From NCBI RefSeq assembly GCF_001194135.2, contig NC_068992.1:59247281-59291478 (forward strand): a DNA stretch of 44,198 nucleotides. Direction: 5' to 3'. Shown piece after piece: positions 1 to 12,003 of this stretch. This DNA is from Octopus bimaculoides. Taxonomy: Eukaryota. Position numbers and translations under genes: made by a program. The notes below the pieces were generated by a model. The model was not told where the DNA came from. It saw only the letters and a program-made list of their open reading frames with translations, and searched no databases. The first letter of the stretch is position 1; every line of letters starts with the position of its first letter.

Positions 1-1011
1 TATATATATATATATTCAGTTTTATTTCAATATTTCTTGCCAATAGAGAAAGAGCCGGTTTCTAACCTAGATCCAAGGCTTCTTGGATGGATGGATGGAT
101 GGATGTGTTTGTGTGTCTGTGTGTGTGTGTGTGCGTGCGTTTGTGTTTATCCTCTACCATCGATTAATAACGAGTGTTAGTTTGTTTACATCCTCATAAT
201 ATAACTCTTCTGCTCGAAGAGACCAATGGAATAATATTAGACTTTAACTCAGTACTGGACTCCATTTGTTTCACAAAACTCCTCAGGGAAGTATTCCAGC
301 AGGACCACAGTCTATTGAGTGAAACAAGTAAAAGATGAAGGATCTAATTCGTTAGATATTTACCCTTGGAGTCGATACACTAAAATAAAGTACCGGTCAA
401 TACTGAAGTCGATATCAGTCACTAATTCTCTACCTACGAATTCTGGCCTTACGCAAACATTACAGGGGAGGTAACCTATAGATTTGTTAGAGTTACGCCG
501 CTTGATGAAGTAGTAGTTCATTGATTTATTGCTGCTAGGTTAGCGAACGTCAGCGTTGATTGTACAGAATAATAATCAGGGTTTTTATAGATTTATTATA
601 TTTGGGGTCACATTAGCGTATCGTGCCCTTTCTTTCTGTGATGGAATAAGTTCTTCGATCTGCAGAAATGACCGAGAAATTTGAGTAACTCCAAACGGGA
701 CAGTGTCTCTAGAAATGATTGGCTAATGTTTAGTGTCTCTCAAGTCACAGTTTTTTTTTCATTCTTTTGGTTCAATCATTAGACGGCGGCCATGCTGTAG
801 CACCGCCTTGAAGAATTTTAGTTGAATGAATCGACATCAATACTTTTTTATTTTTTTTATTTTTTATTTAAACCTGGTGGTAATGCTGTCGGCCCCTTTT
901 CCAGAACCGCTAAGTTACAGGTACATAAACACGCCAACATCAGTTGAGAAGCGGTGGTGGGGAACAAATAATATATATATATATATANNNNNNNNNNGCT
1001 TCTTTATTATG

Positions 1012-1056
<45 letters not shown>

Positions 1057-4000
1057 ATTACAAGCCTTCATACACGCACACATAGATTCATATTAGGTTG
1101 AAAAGAAACTCGTCCTGCATTTTTTTAAATGACCATTTTCAGTGTATCTTTTCAATACATACGATAAAATAAGCACTACATTGTACATTCTGTTACGGAA
1201 TTTTTCTTTCTTTCTTTACAGATCACTTTGTACCAGCCATGGGCAGTACATTGTCAAGGGCATGCCTATCAAAAAATTACCCCGAATGCATTTTTTTAGT
1301 AGTGCGGCCCGCCTGAAGATGAGCTATGCTTCATGCGATCCACCTCTCAAGACAGGTTGGCCCTCCCAGCTTTAAACTATAGTAGTTAAGTACGTGTCCA
1401 ATTTACCCTTTTAAAAATTTTAGATCAAATCCTGATTTATTTCGCATGAATAGCTTCCAAGTTATATATATAAATATATATATATTCAGCATACTGTATA
1501 CATTAAAAGAAAAGTTGGAGAGAAAAAAAATACGACGGTCTAAATGCAGGGGGAATAAATCATGAAATCGTATCAAATCTAAGGGAAATAACTGAAATCA
1601 GTAATGACTTCGTTTTTGTTTTTTGTTTCTTCGCTTCTTTTATTCATTTATTCCAGAAATAGGTGGCAGGCGGTGAATTTATCTGAGCCAATAAAACCTT
1701 CGATTAAATTAGTTGCGGTATTAATTCTTGTTCCTCTCGCTCTAAGTTTAACTTTCACTGGGATCCATTTTATATTTCATCCGTCTTAAGTTGGTCTACC
1801 ACTTTTTTTTTACTGTCTACATTGCGGTGTAAGAAGAGGTTGTGGAAAGTGAGTGAATCCTTTTTTCGAGTGAAGCAAACTCCTTTCATAGTATACTAAT
1901 ATGCAACGATGACTGACCAAGGACGAACAGACGTATTGTAAAACAAGAACGGAAACTGAGAAACGAGAATTTCCTTTACTCATCACCAATGTTCTATATA
2001 TTGTTAAATGCAACTTCCACCGACCGTATACCCTCTAATATAAGCGTATTAGGTTGGATTTTGGGGATGGAAAATACAGTATGATATTTTTCTTCGAGCT
2101 ATTTGACTAAAAAACTATATCACATGATTGTTATTTCCAGACCTTTTTAATTTCTACATTACTGAGACAGAGAGGGGGGGGCGGTGTTTATATTCTCTCT
2201 AGATCTGAAGAGTGACTATACTGCGTATGCCTGCCCTTTTCAAACGTATTCACAGTTTACCTTATATTGTTTGTTTATTCTCATACCATATGCAGATGTT
2301 ATTTTGGATTAGATATTCTTGCCTGTCAGATACTTACCATCAAGTACGCTATCTTAGCCATTACATCTATACTAAAAAGTTGATCAAACCCAATGATATT
2401 ATTATTATAGGCTTTTTTCTAATACAGCATCAAAAAAGTGCATAATGCGATAAAGCGTTTTAAGCCAGTGGATAAATTCGATATTCTCCAACAGATATTT
2501 CTGACCTAGATGTTTGTTTTCTTTTTATGAGTACACAGTTCTGTCATTTTAGGTTATTTTGTCACATAAAAAAATACAAAATTACAATTAAAGCAACAAA
2601 AGACACCTTGTGTGGTATTTTAATGAGGTACTGAGACCTCTAATTTATTTCACAGTGAAGATAAGAAAATTTGACCTTCCGATATTTTACAGAAATCAGA
2701 TGAAAAAAAAAGTTAAAAACGTATGTGGCACTTTGGTTTCAGTTTAGTTTAGTAATAAATAAATAAAAATTAAAAATTAAAACAAAGAAAATGTGTTTCA
2801 AAAGCCTCCTTAGCGGACTAAGAAGGCTTGGTGCTGAGTTCAGATTTTATTACATTTCATAAACGAGAAATATATTTACACCTCTGGATGGGTCGCTAGT
2901 CAACATCTGCTAATTTCACCAGACAATACCAACCAGCTATTCCTGCCCAAATGCTCAATAAAGTGTGCTACAGTGGATTCATAAACTTAAGACTTGTGAC
3001 GTGCTGATAGTCTAAATGCATTATCCACTATGCGTTTTAATTTTTATGTATAGATATATTTTTTTTTTTTTTTTTACATATATTTGCCTTGATATATGGA
3101 TGGAAAATGTCACGGATATTCTGCATGGAAACAAATCATAAAACACAGACATTGCATGAATAATTAACAGGTAATTTCATTTCTATTCTTTTTGGTGGTG
3201 AGTAGTGCCTTATAAAATACATCTGAGAGGGGAAACTACATTGCTGGAATAAGAGTCGACTGGATAAACCTCAAGAATTAACTCGCAACAGATCGTTCTC
3301 TTAAAAGTAATGAGATTATTATTATTATTATTGAGTGAGAGAGCAGCGCATGTCATTAAAGTGACCTGGGGCAAAATATATGAAGCCCAGTATACCCATC
3401 TGATAAGGGTAAACTAGGCACATGCATCACAATGATATATGCACAACATGGTGATCTCATATCAAGATAAACAGCATATGACCTTGCAGGTGAGGCCCAA
3501 TTAGAATATTCTTTAGGTCGAGTAGCCCATCCTGCTCAAAAGGTCCCTGAATAAGGTTTGTTTAAGGATGTTGAGCAAAACACCCATGATTCCAAAGGTG
3601 AATTATTCAAACCCCAAAGAATTCCTCTCAACACATGGCTATGATGCTCCCCCACTACTTCTGCTCATGATCAGGGATGCACATATCGTCAGCCACCAAG
3701 GGACATGCTCAACTGGTTAAGGTCAAGCAACTGACAAGCAGATCTGTGGTATTGCGCAGGATATTTGCTGTAAGCCCATCTTTTATTATTATTGCTACTA
3801 TTATTATTACTATTACTAGAGGGCGATGATGGAATCGACAGAGCAACAGACTAAATATCTAGTGGTGTTAATATTTTCCATCATAGATGCAAGGTCTAAA
3901 ATTTGGGGTTAATGACTGTAGATAATTGTCACCTTCTTCCACTCCAGTACTTGACTGCTACTTCTTTTTATCGACCCTAGGAGAAGAAAAGGCAATGTAG

Positions 4001-4246
4001 TAGTAGTAGTAGTTTCAAATTTTGGCACGTGGCCAGCAATTATAGGAATGGGATTTAAGTCGATTACATTGACTCTAATGTTCCACTGGTACTTATTTTA
4101 TCGACTCTAAGTGGATTGATGACAAAGTCGACTTCAGCAGCATTTGAACTTGGAACGCAAAGCTAGAAAAAATGCTGTTGAACATTTTTTTTTCCAGCAT
4201 TCTACCGATTCTGACAGCTCGCTACCTTAATAATAATTGGGAATTG

Positions 4247-4629
4247 TTGTTGTTGGCACTCCGTCGCTTACGACGTCGAGGGTTCCAGTTGATCCGATCA
4301 ACGGAACAGCCTGTTCGTGAAATTAACGTGCAAGTGGCTGAGCACTCCACAGACACGTGTACCCTTAATGTAGTTCTCGGGGATATTCAGCGTAACACAG
4401 AGTGTGACAAGGCTGACCCTTTGAATTACAGGCACAACAGAAACAGGAAGTAAGAGTGAGAGAAAGCTGTGGTGAAAGAGTACAGCAGGGTTCGCCACCA
4501 TCCCCTGCCGGAGCCTCGTGGAGCTTTAGGTGTTTTCGCTCAATAAACACTCACAACGCCCGGTCTGGGAATCGAAACCACGATCCTATGACCGCGAGTC
4601 CGCTGCCCACTGGGCCATTGCGCCTCCAC
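4247..4629 (-). mobile_element. Full-length tRNA-derived SINE (family A)
   Basis: Minus strand begins tggaggcgcaatggcccagtgg...ggtttcgattcc (A and B boxes) and ends in a (CAA)n tail. 12-bp TSD aattgggaattg at 4235-4246 and 4630-4641. Near-identical copy at 17653-18048. Confidence 0.9.
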
Positions 4630-4641
4630 AATTGGGAATTG

Positions 4642-4875
4642 TAATGCAAAGATATAGACAAATGGTTGAAGAAGATTTAAATAGAATGCCCCGTAGAGTT
4701 TCTACAGAAAGTTCGCCTCTTCTCTTAGGGACAGGAAAGATTATCAGGAAAGATTATCAGGAGGGTGTTAAGCACTGAAAAGACTACTGAAATATTGTGG
4801 ATACCTAAGGTTTCAGGTAGTAACCCGCTGTCCCCATGAATTCTACCAGGAATAATTACGAACCTGAGTCAATTC
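4642..4875 (+). mobile_element. R4/Dong LINE 3' fragment, same subfamily as 9888-10325
   Basis: gacaaatggttgaag...tagaatgccccgtagag...cttagggacag...gattatcaggagggt...tgtggatacctaaggtt...ctaccaggaataa aligns to the reverse complement of about 9900-10110. Confidence 0.75.
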
Positions 4876-5882
4876 AATGGTAATAATAATGGTTTCAAAT
4901 GTTGGCATACGGCCAGTAATTACGGGGAGAGGGTAGTTGATACCATAGACCCAGTATTTTACTGGTACATTAGTTTACGGATCCCAGAGTGATAAAAGGC
5001 AAAGTTGACAATGGCGGGGTTCGAACTTAGAATGTTTAAGAGTCAGAAGAAATAATACTTCAAAGGCATTTTGTCCAATAATGTAGTGATTCCGTCAAGT
5101 AATGTTTCTGACAGGTACAAGACCAGAAACTTGGTTGTGAACGGCGGGGAGGTGGGGGAAGCATAGGCACGAGGTTAGAAATTTAGGGGAAGGGATTACG
5201 TGATTAATTTGAACCTAGTATTACACAGGGATTTTATCAATCCTGGATCGATGAAAGGCAACGTAGTAGTGGTGGTGCTGGTGGTGGTGGTGGTGGAAGT
5301 TTCAAATTTTGGTACAAGTCGATTACATTGACTCCAGTGTTCAGCTACTACTTAATTTATCAGGCCACGAATGGATGAAAGCCAAAATTGACCTCAGTGG
5401 CATTTGAACACAGAATGAAAAGACGGGCGAAATCCTGTCGAGCATTTTGTGCAGCGTGCTAACGTTTCTGCCAGCTCGCTACCTTAAACAACAATAATAA
5501 TAATAATAATAATAATAATGCATTCTACTGTAGGCACAAGGCCTGAAATTTTGGCGGAAGGGACTGGGGGACTGGTTGTTGTCATCTACCCCAGTATTCG
5601 ACTGGTATTCATTTTTGTCGATTCCAGAGGAATGAAAGGCAAAGTTGACTTCGGCGGAATTCATGTATACATATACATATATATATATATATGTATAAAT
5701 GTATATACATATTCACATATATACATGTATACATATATATACACAAATACATCACATTCACATACACACATATAATACAAATAACAAAAAGCACATGTGA
5801 CTATTTTAGAATTAATGCATGTTCTCCACTGAAACCATTTGCATGAAGATGTCACACAAAGGACTGTGTGCATGTGTGTGCA

Positions 5883-5887
<5 letters not shown>

Positions 5888-5961
<74 letters not shown>

Positions 5962-5971
5962 NNNNNNNNNN

Positions 5972-6045
<74 letters not shown>

Positions 6046-6280
6046 GAGAAAGAGAGAGAGAGAGAGAGAGGGGAAATATTGATGCCAACACCAGTGACAT
6101 TGTGAAAGTCTGTGGGTCTGTGTGTGTGGTGGTAGATAGAAACAATGTTGATGTTTCAACTGTCACCTCATGGAATTAGTTAAAATTACGAAGACAAGTG
6201 AGGAGAGAGAGACAGAGCGACAGAGAGAGACAGAGAGAGACAGAGAGACAGAGAGAGACAGAGAGACAGAGAGAGACAGT
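5888..6280. repeat. (TA)n/(GA)n/(GAGACAGA)n compound microsatellite
   Basis: Directly visible; the flanks of the 10-N gap are near duplicates of each other. Confidence 0.9.
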
Positions 6281-7199
6281 GGCAGGCTGACATAGAGAAG
6301 TTCGATATCAAGAGCAAAGGTGGGGACATTTCATTTTAATTCAATTTTAAGTCTGAGAAGGGTTAAAAAAAAACCCAACAGTCTCCCAATGCCCCAGCTG
6401 GTCTTGTTTACACACATCTACATTTGATATATGTGTGTGTGTATTCATACATAAAAATACATACATCCATATAAATATATTATACATACATGTGTGCATG
6501 CATGCATACACACAAGCATGTGTACACAACGTACATTATATACACATACACACACACACATACATACATTATGTATGCATGCATATATGTATGCATATAT
6601 TTATGTATACACACCACACACGTTAGCAAATATCTACAAATACAAACATATGTATATGTACACAACACACACTATATATACACATACACACACATTATAT
6701 CTAAAAAAAAACTAGATTTTGTGTGTTTTTCTTGATTTTTTTTTTTTACCTTGAAATTTTTTTTTTAATTTTCTAATACCAGATCAATATTTCTAACTGA
6801 GAACAACACTATGTAAATGTTACGCGGAAATGAAATATTTTAGCCATTTATCTTCTGTAATCTTCATAACTCAACTTCTAACATACAACAACCCCATGTC
6901 TACTATCCTGCAATGTTGCATGTCCACACGTGCAGTGTTACACATCCACATGAGCATTGTCATACATCCCAATGTGCAATGTCACATGATCACGTATACT
7001 ATGTATGTATACCCACACATACAATATTATGCATACAGTGTCATACAGCTACATGTATGTATGTTTATCTGTCGGACGACTTTACCTTTCATTCTTTCAG
7101 GGATTTGATAAATTAAGTACCAGTGGAGTACTGGGGCCAATATAATTGACTTAACCCCTCCCCAAAAATTTCAGGCCGTGTGCCTACAGCAGAAAGGAC

Positions 7200-7292
7200 T
7201 GTTATTATTATTATTATTATTAATTTTTTTTGGCTTCTTAACCAATAAAGAAAGGATTATTATCATTGTTGCTATTATTGGTGTTATTTTCA

Positions 7293-7347
<55 letters not shown>

Positions 7348-7365
7348 CATTATTATTAATATGAT
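7200..7365. repeat. (TAT)n microsatellite just after the castor stop codon
   Basis: Long att/tat runs starting about 40 nt beyond the TAA, so probably in the 3'UTR. Confidence 0.85.
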
Positions 7366-7405
7366 CGTCATCATTGTTGTAGTTGTACAACTAAAATGTG
7401 ATTGT

Positions 7406-9622
7406 TTAATATAAGTTAGCTGATTCAGTGAGGTGTTTGACTTTGTGCGATGTCATCTGTGACAAACCAAGAACAGCAAAGTTGCAATCGTCTTGCATGC
7501 AGTGGTAGTGTGTTTGCTTCTTATATGAAGTACAGGACGGCACACTGCATCCTTCACTGCCGACAAACTTTTGGAACCCATGAGATGCTATTGTCTCCAT
7601 CTTAACATGATGCTTGCGGTGTGCCGTAACTTTGGTTGTGTCTGTGCAAACAAAGTCACATTTCAGACAATGGTAATGCGAAGATTTCGCATCATATTGG
7701 CACTTGTGGTACTGGCATGAGAGACTTGCTCGGAACTGCTTAAAATCTTCCCCAATAATGCTGTCGATCCGTTCATGTCGCAACTTGTGTTGAACGATCC
7801 GTGAACGATCACTAAAACCATAGCCACAATCCTGCCGTCGACAATGGAAGTGCGTTACCATGTGTTTGTATGTACACCGTTGATATTTACAGTCTTCATT
7901 ATATCTTATTCGAATGTAACCTTCTGGTACTCCTTCCGCTCGGTAAGTAGTAAGGGCACTGGTATTACAGGTTTCAGTTTCGGACGGCATCATGAGATGA
8001 GGCTGTTTCCTGTTCACTGTTACTTCGTCTTCAAATTCTTCACTTCCACTTGCTTTCCGTTTCCTGTGAGAACTGTCTAAATACAAGGAATTGTCATCAT
8101 TCTCTTGGTCAATTTCTGACCTCTCTGTTGGAATACTCTCACCAAAAGAATTCATTCCGGAACACATACTGGGAGATCTTCGATCCATGTGACAACCTGT
8201 TGTCAGCCTTGAATCCAAATCAGATGATATTTTCACAGGATTATTTAATCCAGTGGAGAAAGATGAGGCTTTTTCTTCATCCAAGGTTTCTGCTTCTTCA
8301 GTAAAGTTCTTCACATGTTTGGAATTAATACTGAAGTTGCTATTCCCATCGTCAGACAAGTCAGTTGGCAAATTCTCTAACAGTGGGGGTTTAACTACAT
8401 TAGAAAGGAACTTGAGCCCATGCCTGCTCAAGTGATACTGCAATCGGGCACACTCAGAAAATGCTTGGTTACACTGAAGACAATGGTAATGGTCTTTTTT
8501 CTTGAGCTTGCAGAAAGGACGGCCACAATTTTGATACACCGAAAAATGTATTTGGGTCCTGATGCTGTCCCAGTTTTGACATTGAGATGTACTTTCAATC
8601 TTCTTCTGCTGTAAGAGAAATGGTAAAGAAGGAACATCATTACAAGAAGAACTCCCAGATGTCTCAGCAGAACTGCAACTCAGAGAACTAATCTCACTGA
8701 TAAGAGGAATGCTGATATTTACTCTGGGATTAGTAAGGTTACTACTGTTTGACACCAAGGTCTGTGACGGAATGGTAACTGGATATGGCTGGCTGGTAGG
8801 AATTGTAGATAAAGGATAAAATATCCCAGATGATTTGATCACTGCTTTAGTTGAAGAAGGTTGAATGGCTACTTTTGAAACGGCTGGCATGATTGGAACG
8901 TAAGTGGTGAGTTTGGTATTAGTGCATGTGTTGTTGTAGTTGTTGTTGTTTTTGTTATCGTTGTTGTTCGAGGAGTGATTTTGGTGCTTCTTATCATGCT
9001 GAACCATAGTGCTGTGTCTAACAAAAGAATAATCACAATGTGGTCGAGTGCAATGGAAATGTTTGTTTGCTTTGTTATAATGACAGTGATTGTATCGGCA
9101 ATCTACATTGTGGTCGAAGAACTGAAAGCCCTCCAGTATGTTAACAAAACTGTGAAAATCCTTGATGTGCAAATTGAGGACATCCAATCGGTCTGTAGCA
9201 TGGTGACAGCGGGGTTTTGTACAGTGATAATGTTCCTTCATAAAATATAAACACAGTTTGTCAAGACAATTTTGCCCAGCCTTGTAAACCTTGTAACTGT
9301 CAGTTATCGATGATGATGTTGCTGTTGTTGTTGTTGTTGATGTTGTCAGGTTATTTTGAAGGCCACTCACAAAACCATTTTGTTCTTCGCTGAATATTTT
9401 GAAGTGTTCTGAATGCATGGGTTCAAATTTGGTAACAGGTGATATGTCAATGCGGGAATATTTGGGGGGCCGTCCCCGCCGGGGTCTCGTGGCATCGAGG
9501 TCATACTTCACTAAGGATAGCTTTAACTTACTGGCCGTCACTTGGGGGTTGTGTTGGAGCTGGTAATGTTCAAGTCTTGCAAAACTAGCATCAGAGTAAG
9601 ACGTGCTGAAGTTGCAGGCAGA
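7406..9622 (-). CDS. CASZ1: castor/CASZ1 terminal coding exon (end of finger 6, fingers 7-12, AT-hook, PxDLS motif, stop)
   Basis: Acceptor ttttctttcag|TCT, phase 0; 2217 nt = 738 codons plus TAA at 7408-7406. Six further C-x4-C...H[YF]HC...C...H...H castor fingers. The ORF-track start (MGEGTF...) is intronic. Confidence 0.96.
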   Translation of the reverse strand, partial: SACNFSTSYSDASFARLEHYQLQHNPQVTASKLKLSLVKYDLDATRPRRGRPPKYSRIDISPVTKFEPMHSEHFKIFSEEQNGFVSGLQNNLTTSTTTTTATSSSITDSYKVYKAGQNCLDKLCLYFMKEHYHCTKPRCHHATDRLDVLNLHIKDFHSFVNILEGFQFFDHNVDCRYNHCHYNKANKHFHCTRPHCDYSFVRHSTMVQHDKKHQNHSSNNNDNKNNNNYNNTCTNTKLTTYVPIMPAVSKVAIQPSSTKAVIKSSGIFYPLSTIPTSQPYPVTIPSQTLVSNSSNLTNPRVNISIPLISEISSLSCSSAETSGSSSCNDVPSLPFLLQQKKIESTSQCQNWDSIRTQIHFSVYQNCGRPFCKLKKKDHYHCLQCNQAFSECARLQYHLSRHGLKFLSNVVKPPLLENLPTDLSDDGNSNFSINSKHVKNFTEEAETLDEEKASSFSTGLNNPVKISSDLDSRLTTGCHMDRRSPSMCSGMNSFGESIPTERSEIDQENDDNSLYLDSSHRKRKASGSEEFEDEVTVNRKQPHLMMPSETETCNTSALTTYRAEGVPEGYIRIRYNEDCKYQRCTYKHMVTHFHCRRQDCGYGFSDRSRIVQHKLRHERIDSIIGEDFKQFRASLSCQYHKCQYDAKSSHYHCLKCDFVCTDTTKVTAHRKHHVKMETIASHGFQKFVGSEGCSVPSCTSYKKQTHYHCMQDDCNFAVLGLSQMTSHKVKHLTESANLY

Positions 9623-9887
9623 CTGAAAGAAAAAAACCCAAATATTTATGATATTAAACAAAAGAACAAGACAGAATATGATTATATTAAATGTCCCCTC
9701 ACCCAACCTTGTGCAAATAAAGAATTATTATAATTACTATTTGCATAATGTTCCTGACAAACACCCTACTTCATTTTATGCAACTTTTGTCTAATTCCTC
9801 AGAGTTTTGTAAGATCCCAGCCTTAACATTTAATATTTTGTATACATATATGATGGATCTAATTGTCTTCAGCAGACAAATGAAGAA

Positions 9888-10325
9888 ATTATTATTTGGT
9901 TTGCCTCAGGTTTGGTCTTATTCCTGGTAGGATTCATGTGGATAGCAGGTTACTATCTGTAACCTTAGGTATCCACAAATTTTCAGCAGTCTTTCAAGTT
10001 CTTAGAACCCTCCTGATAATCCTTGCTGTCCCTAAGAGACAAACTTACTGAAGGAGCTCTACCGGGTATTCTATTTCAATCTCCTTCAGCCATTTGTCTA
10101 CATTTTGGCTTACTGTTCCAAAGCACCAATTATTATAGGCACAACCTTTACTATCCACATGCTTCAAATTCTTCCTATTTCAAATTTTAAGGGCTTGTAT
10201 TTTCTTTGTTTTACTTTCTCTTTCTTTACAATCTTGGAACCAAATGGAAATGATGGGTCGATAAGCAAGCAACTTCACTTTTCCTCATCTATAATTGTTA
10301 TATTTGGTCTATTATTTTGTAACTT
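9888..10325 (-). mobile_element. Decayed R4/Dong-clade LINE 3' end (second subfamily)
   Basis: Minus strand translates NRPNITIIDEEK*SCLLIDPSFPFGSKIVKKEK...KYKPLKFEIGRI*SMWIVKVVPIIIGAL/GTVSQNVDKWLKEIEIEYPVELLQ*VCLLGTARIIRRVL with stops and a frameshift. Confidence 0.82.
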
Positions 10326-10422
10326 TTTGTCCGTTTGTTGTTAATGTTGTTGTTGCTGTATTATTATTATTTATTTATTTATTTATTTTTATTTTTATTT
10401 TTATTATTATTATTATTATTAT

Positions 10423-10875
10423 TAAGGCAGCAAAGTGGCAAAATCATTAGCATGCCTGACAAAATGCTTAGTGACATTTCATCTTTATGTTTTGAGTTCA
10501 AATTCCACTGCTGTCAACTTTGCCTTTCATCCTTTTTTTGGGGGATAAAATAAGTACCAGTTGAGCACTGGGGGTCAATGTAACCAACACTTAGCCCCTT
10601 CCCCGAAATTGCTGGCCTTGCGCCAAAAATTTAAAAACATTGTCTCATCATCATCATTATTAAGGCAGTGAGCTGGCAGAATCATTAGCAGGCCAGGCAA
10701 AATGCTTAGTGGCATTCCATCCGTCTTTATATTCTGAGTTCAAACACCGCTGAGGTCGACTTTGCTTTTCATCCTTTCGCGGTCAATAAATTAAGTATCA
10801 GTGAAACACTGCGGTCAATGTAATTGGCTAGTCCCTTCCCTCAAACTTTCAGGCCTTGTGCCTTTAGTAGAAAGG
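10423..10875 (+). mobile_element. Two tandem tRNA-type SINEs (family B)
   Basis: Units about 10423-10638 and 10662-10875 share ggcagaatcattagca...gagttcaaa...gtcgactttgcctttcatcc...taagtaccag...ggccttgtgcc and are separated by short (ATT/CAT)n runs. Confidence 0.8.
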
Positions 10876-10889
10876 ATTATTATTATTAT

Positions 10890-11429
10890 CATTCAGTAGC
10901 CTTATTTTAATAACGTGCTTTCACTTCACTACCGAGCACAGCTCTGCGTGCCTTGGGTATGTGCTGTGGTTTGCTGTGATGCTTTTATGGTTACTGTATT
11001 GAAAGTGTTTTGCGTAGGATGTGTGCAGTGCTCAGTAGTGCAATTTTCTGTATGTTATATATATATTTGTAAGTCCTGGTATTTTTCTTATGTATTTGTT
11101 TGACTATTTTTTTTATCATACCTAATGGTAGGAATTGTTTCTGTTTTTAGATTCCACATTCAAGTTACCTCTATTTCCAGGTCTTTGTATTTTGAAAGTT
11201 TTTCCATTTCTTTTAGGGAAACGGTGTCATCTGCTGGTATTGATACATCAATTAGAAAGCATTTTTTTCCTTCATGATCTTTGACAACTATATCTGGTCT
11301 ATTTGCCTTAATTTCTCTATCTCTGTGTATTGGCATATCCCATAGTATGGTTGCTTTCTCATTTTCTGTGACTTTTTCTGGCGTGTGCCTATACCATCTT
11401 TTTTTTACTGTTATTCCATAGTGTTGGCA
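10890..11429 (-). mobile_element. 5'-truncated R4/Dong-clade non-LTR retrotransposon (restriction-like endonuclease, C-terminus, 3'UTR)
   Basis: Minus strand translates CQHYGITVKKRWYRHTPEKVTENEKATILWDMPIHRDREIKANRPDIVVKDHEGKKCFLIDVSIP...KEMEKLSKYKDLEIEV*MWNLK, then IQKIALLSTAHILRKTLSIQ* (stop 10993-10991). PD-(D/E)xK REL motif present; (TAT)n on both flanks. Confidence 0.88.
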
Positions 11430-11885
11430 TTATTATTATTTTATTATTATTATGATTATTAAGGGGACTGAAGCCAAAATCACATGGTTGGGAAGCATGT
11501 CTCTAAATCACAGAAGTTATACCTTCAAATCAATTATTAATATAATAAATCGTTATAACTAATTATTTTAATTACTATTTTACTAATTATTCTAATTTCT
11601 ATATTACCACATTACTAGCTATTTAATAATTCACATCCTGTTAAGGTCATATTTGCATTTTTTCCCATTCCATGGATCACCATAATAAGTAATAGTCAAG
11701 TACAAGGGGTACCTATTCCAGCATCAGGAATAGGGACTTTGTACCAATACCCTCCACCAACACAACCACCACCTTAATACCTTGTCTGTCCATCACCACC
11801 ACCACCACTGCCATCACCAACACCACCATCACCACCACCATCATGAATATAATACAAATAGTCCACAAATATAAAAAAAACTTAC

Positions 11886-12003
11886 ATATTGGCAATGAAA
11901 GTGCTTCTCCTTCAAATTGAACTCGCACTTCTGTAGACATGGCTCATTAGATTTGTACAAGATGTAGCAGTTCGATGTGATATGGTCTTGGAGTTCATGG
12001 AAT
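11886..12003 (-). CDS. CASZ1: castor/CASZ1 internal exon (end of finger 5, first half of finger 6)
   Basis: Acceptor ctcttttag|A, donor TAT|gtaagt; 118 nt, phase 2/0. FHELQDHITSNCYILYKSNEPCLQKCEFNLKEKHFHCQY. Confidence 0.92.

Larger units (their letters stand above)
3830..5665 (-). mobile_element. Stack of family B SINE copies and fragments (interrupted by a family A SINE and an R4 fragment)
   Basis: Repeated motifs tttcaaattttggcac / gaaaggcaaagttgac / atttgaac at about 3830-4010, 4012-4230, 4885-5100, 5160-5270, 5290-5487 and 5523-5665. Confidence 0.65.

Noticed and set aside
3315-3785. 470-bp non-simple segment, possibly a gene exon
   Set aside because: No convincing ORF or splice pattern; it is flanked by (ATT)n on both sides like the other insertions and is probably an unclassified repeat, but there is no second copy in the window to prove it.
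9454-9484. G-quadruplex at the GC-rich AT-hook codons
   Set aside because: Only three separable G-tracts; the composition is explained by Arg/Pro/Gly codons.
9623-9706. ORF-track start MGEGTF... as the N-terminus of a separate 766-aa gene
   Set aside because: The segment is a polypyrimidine tract and acceptor; the ORF is the terminal exon of the spliced castor gene.
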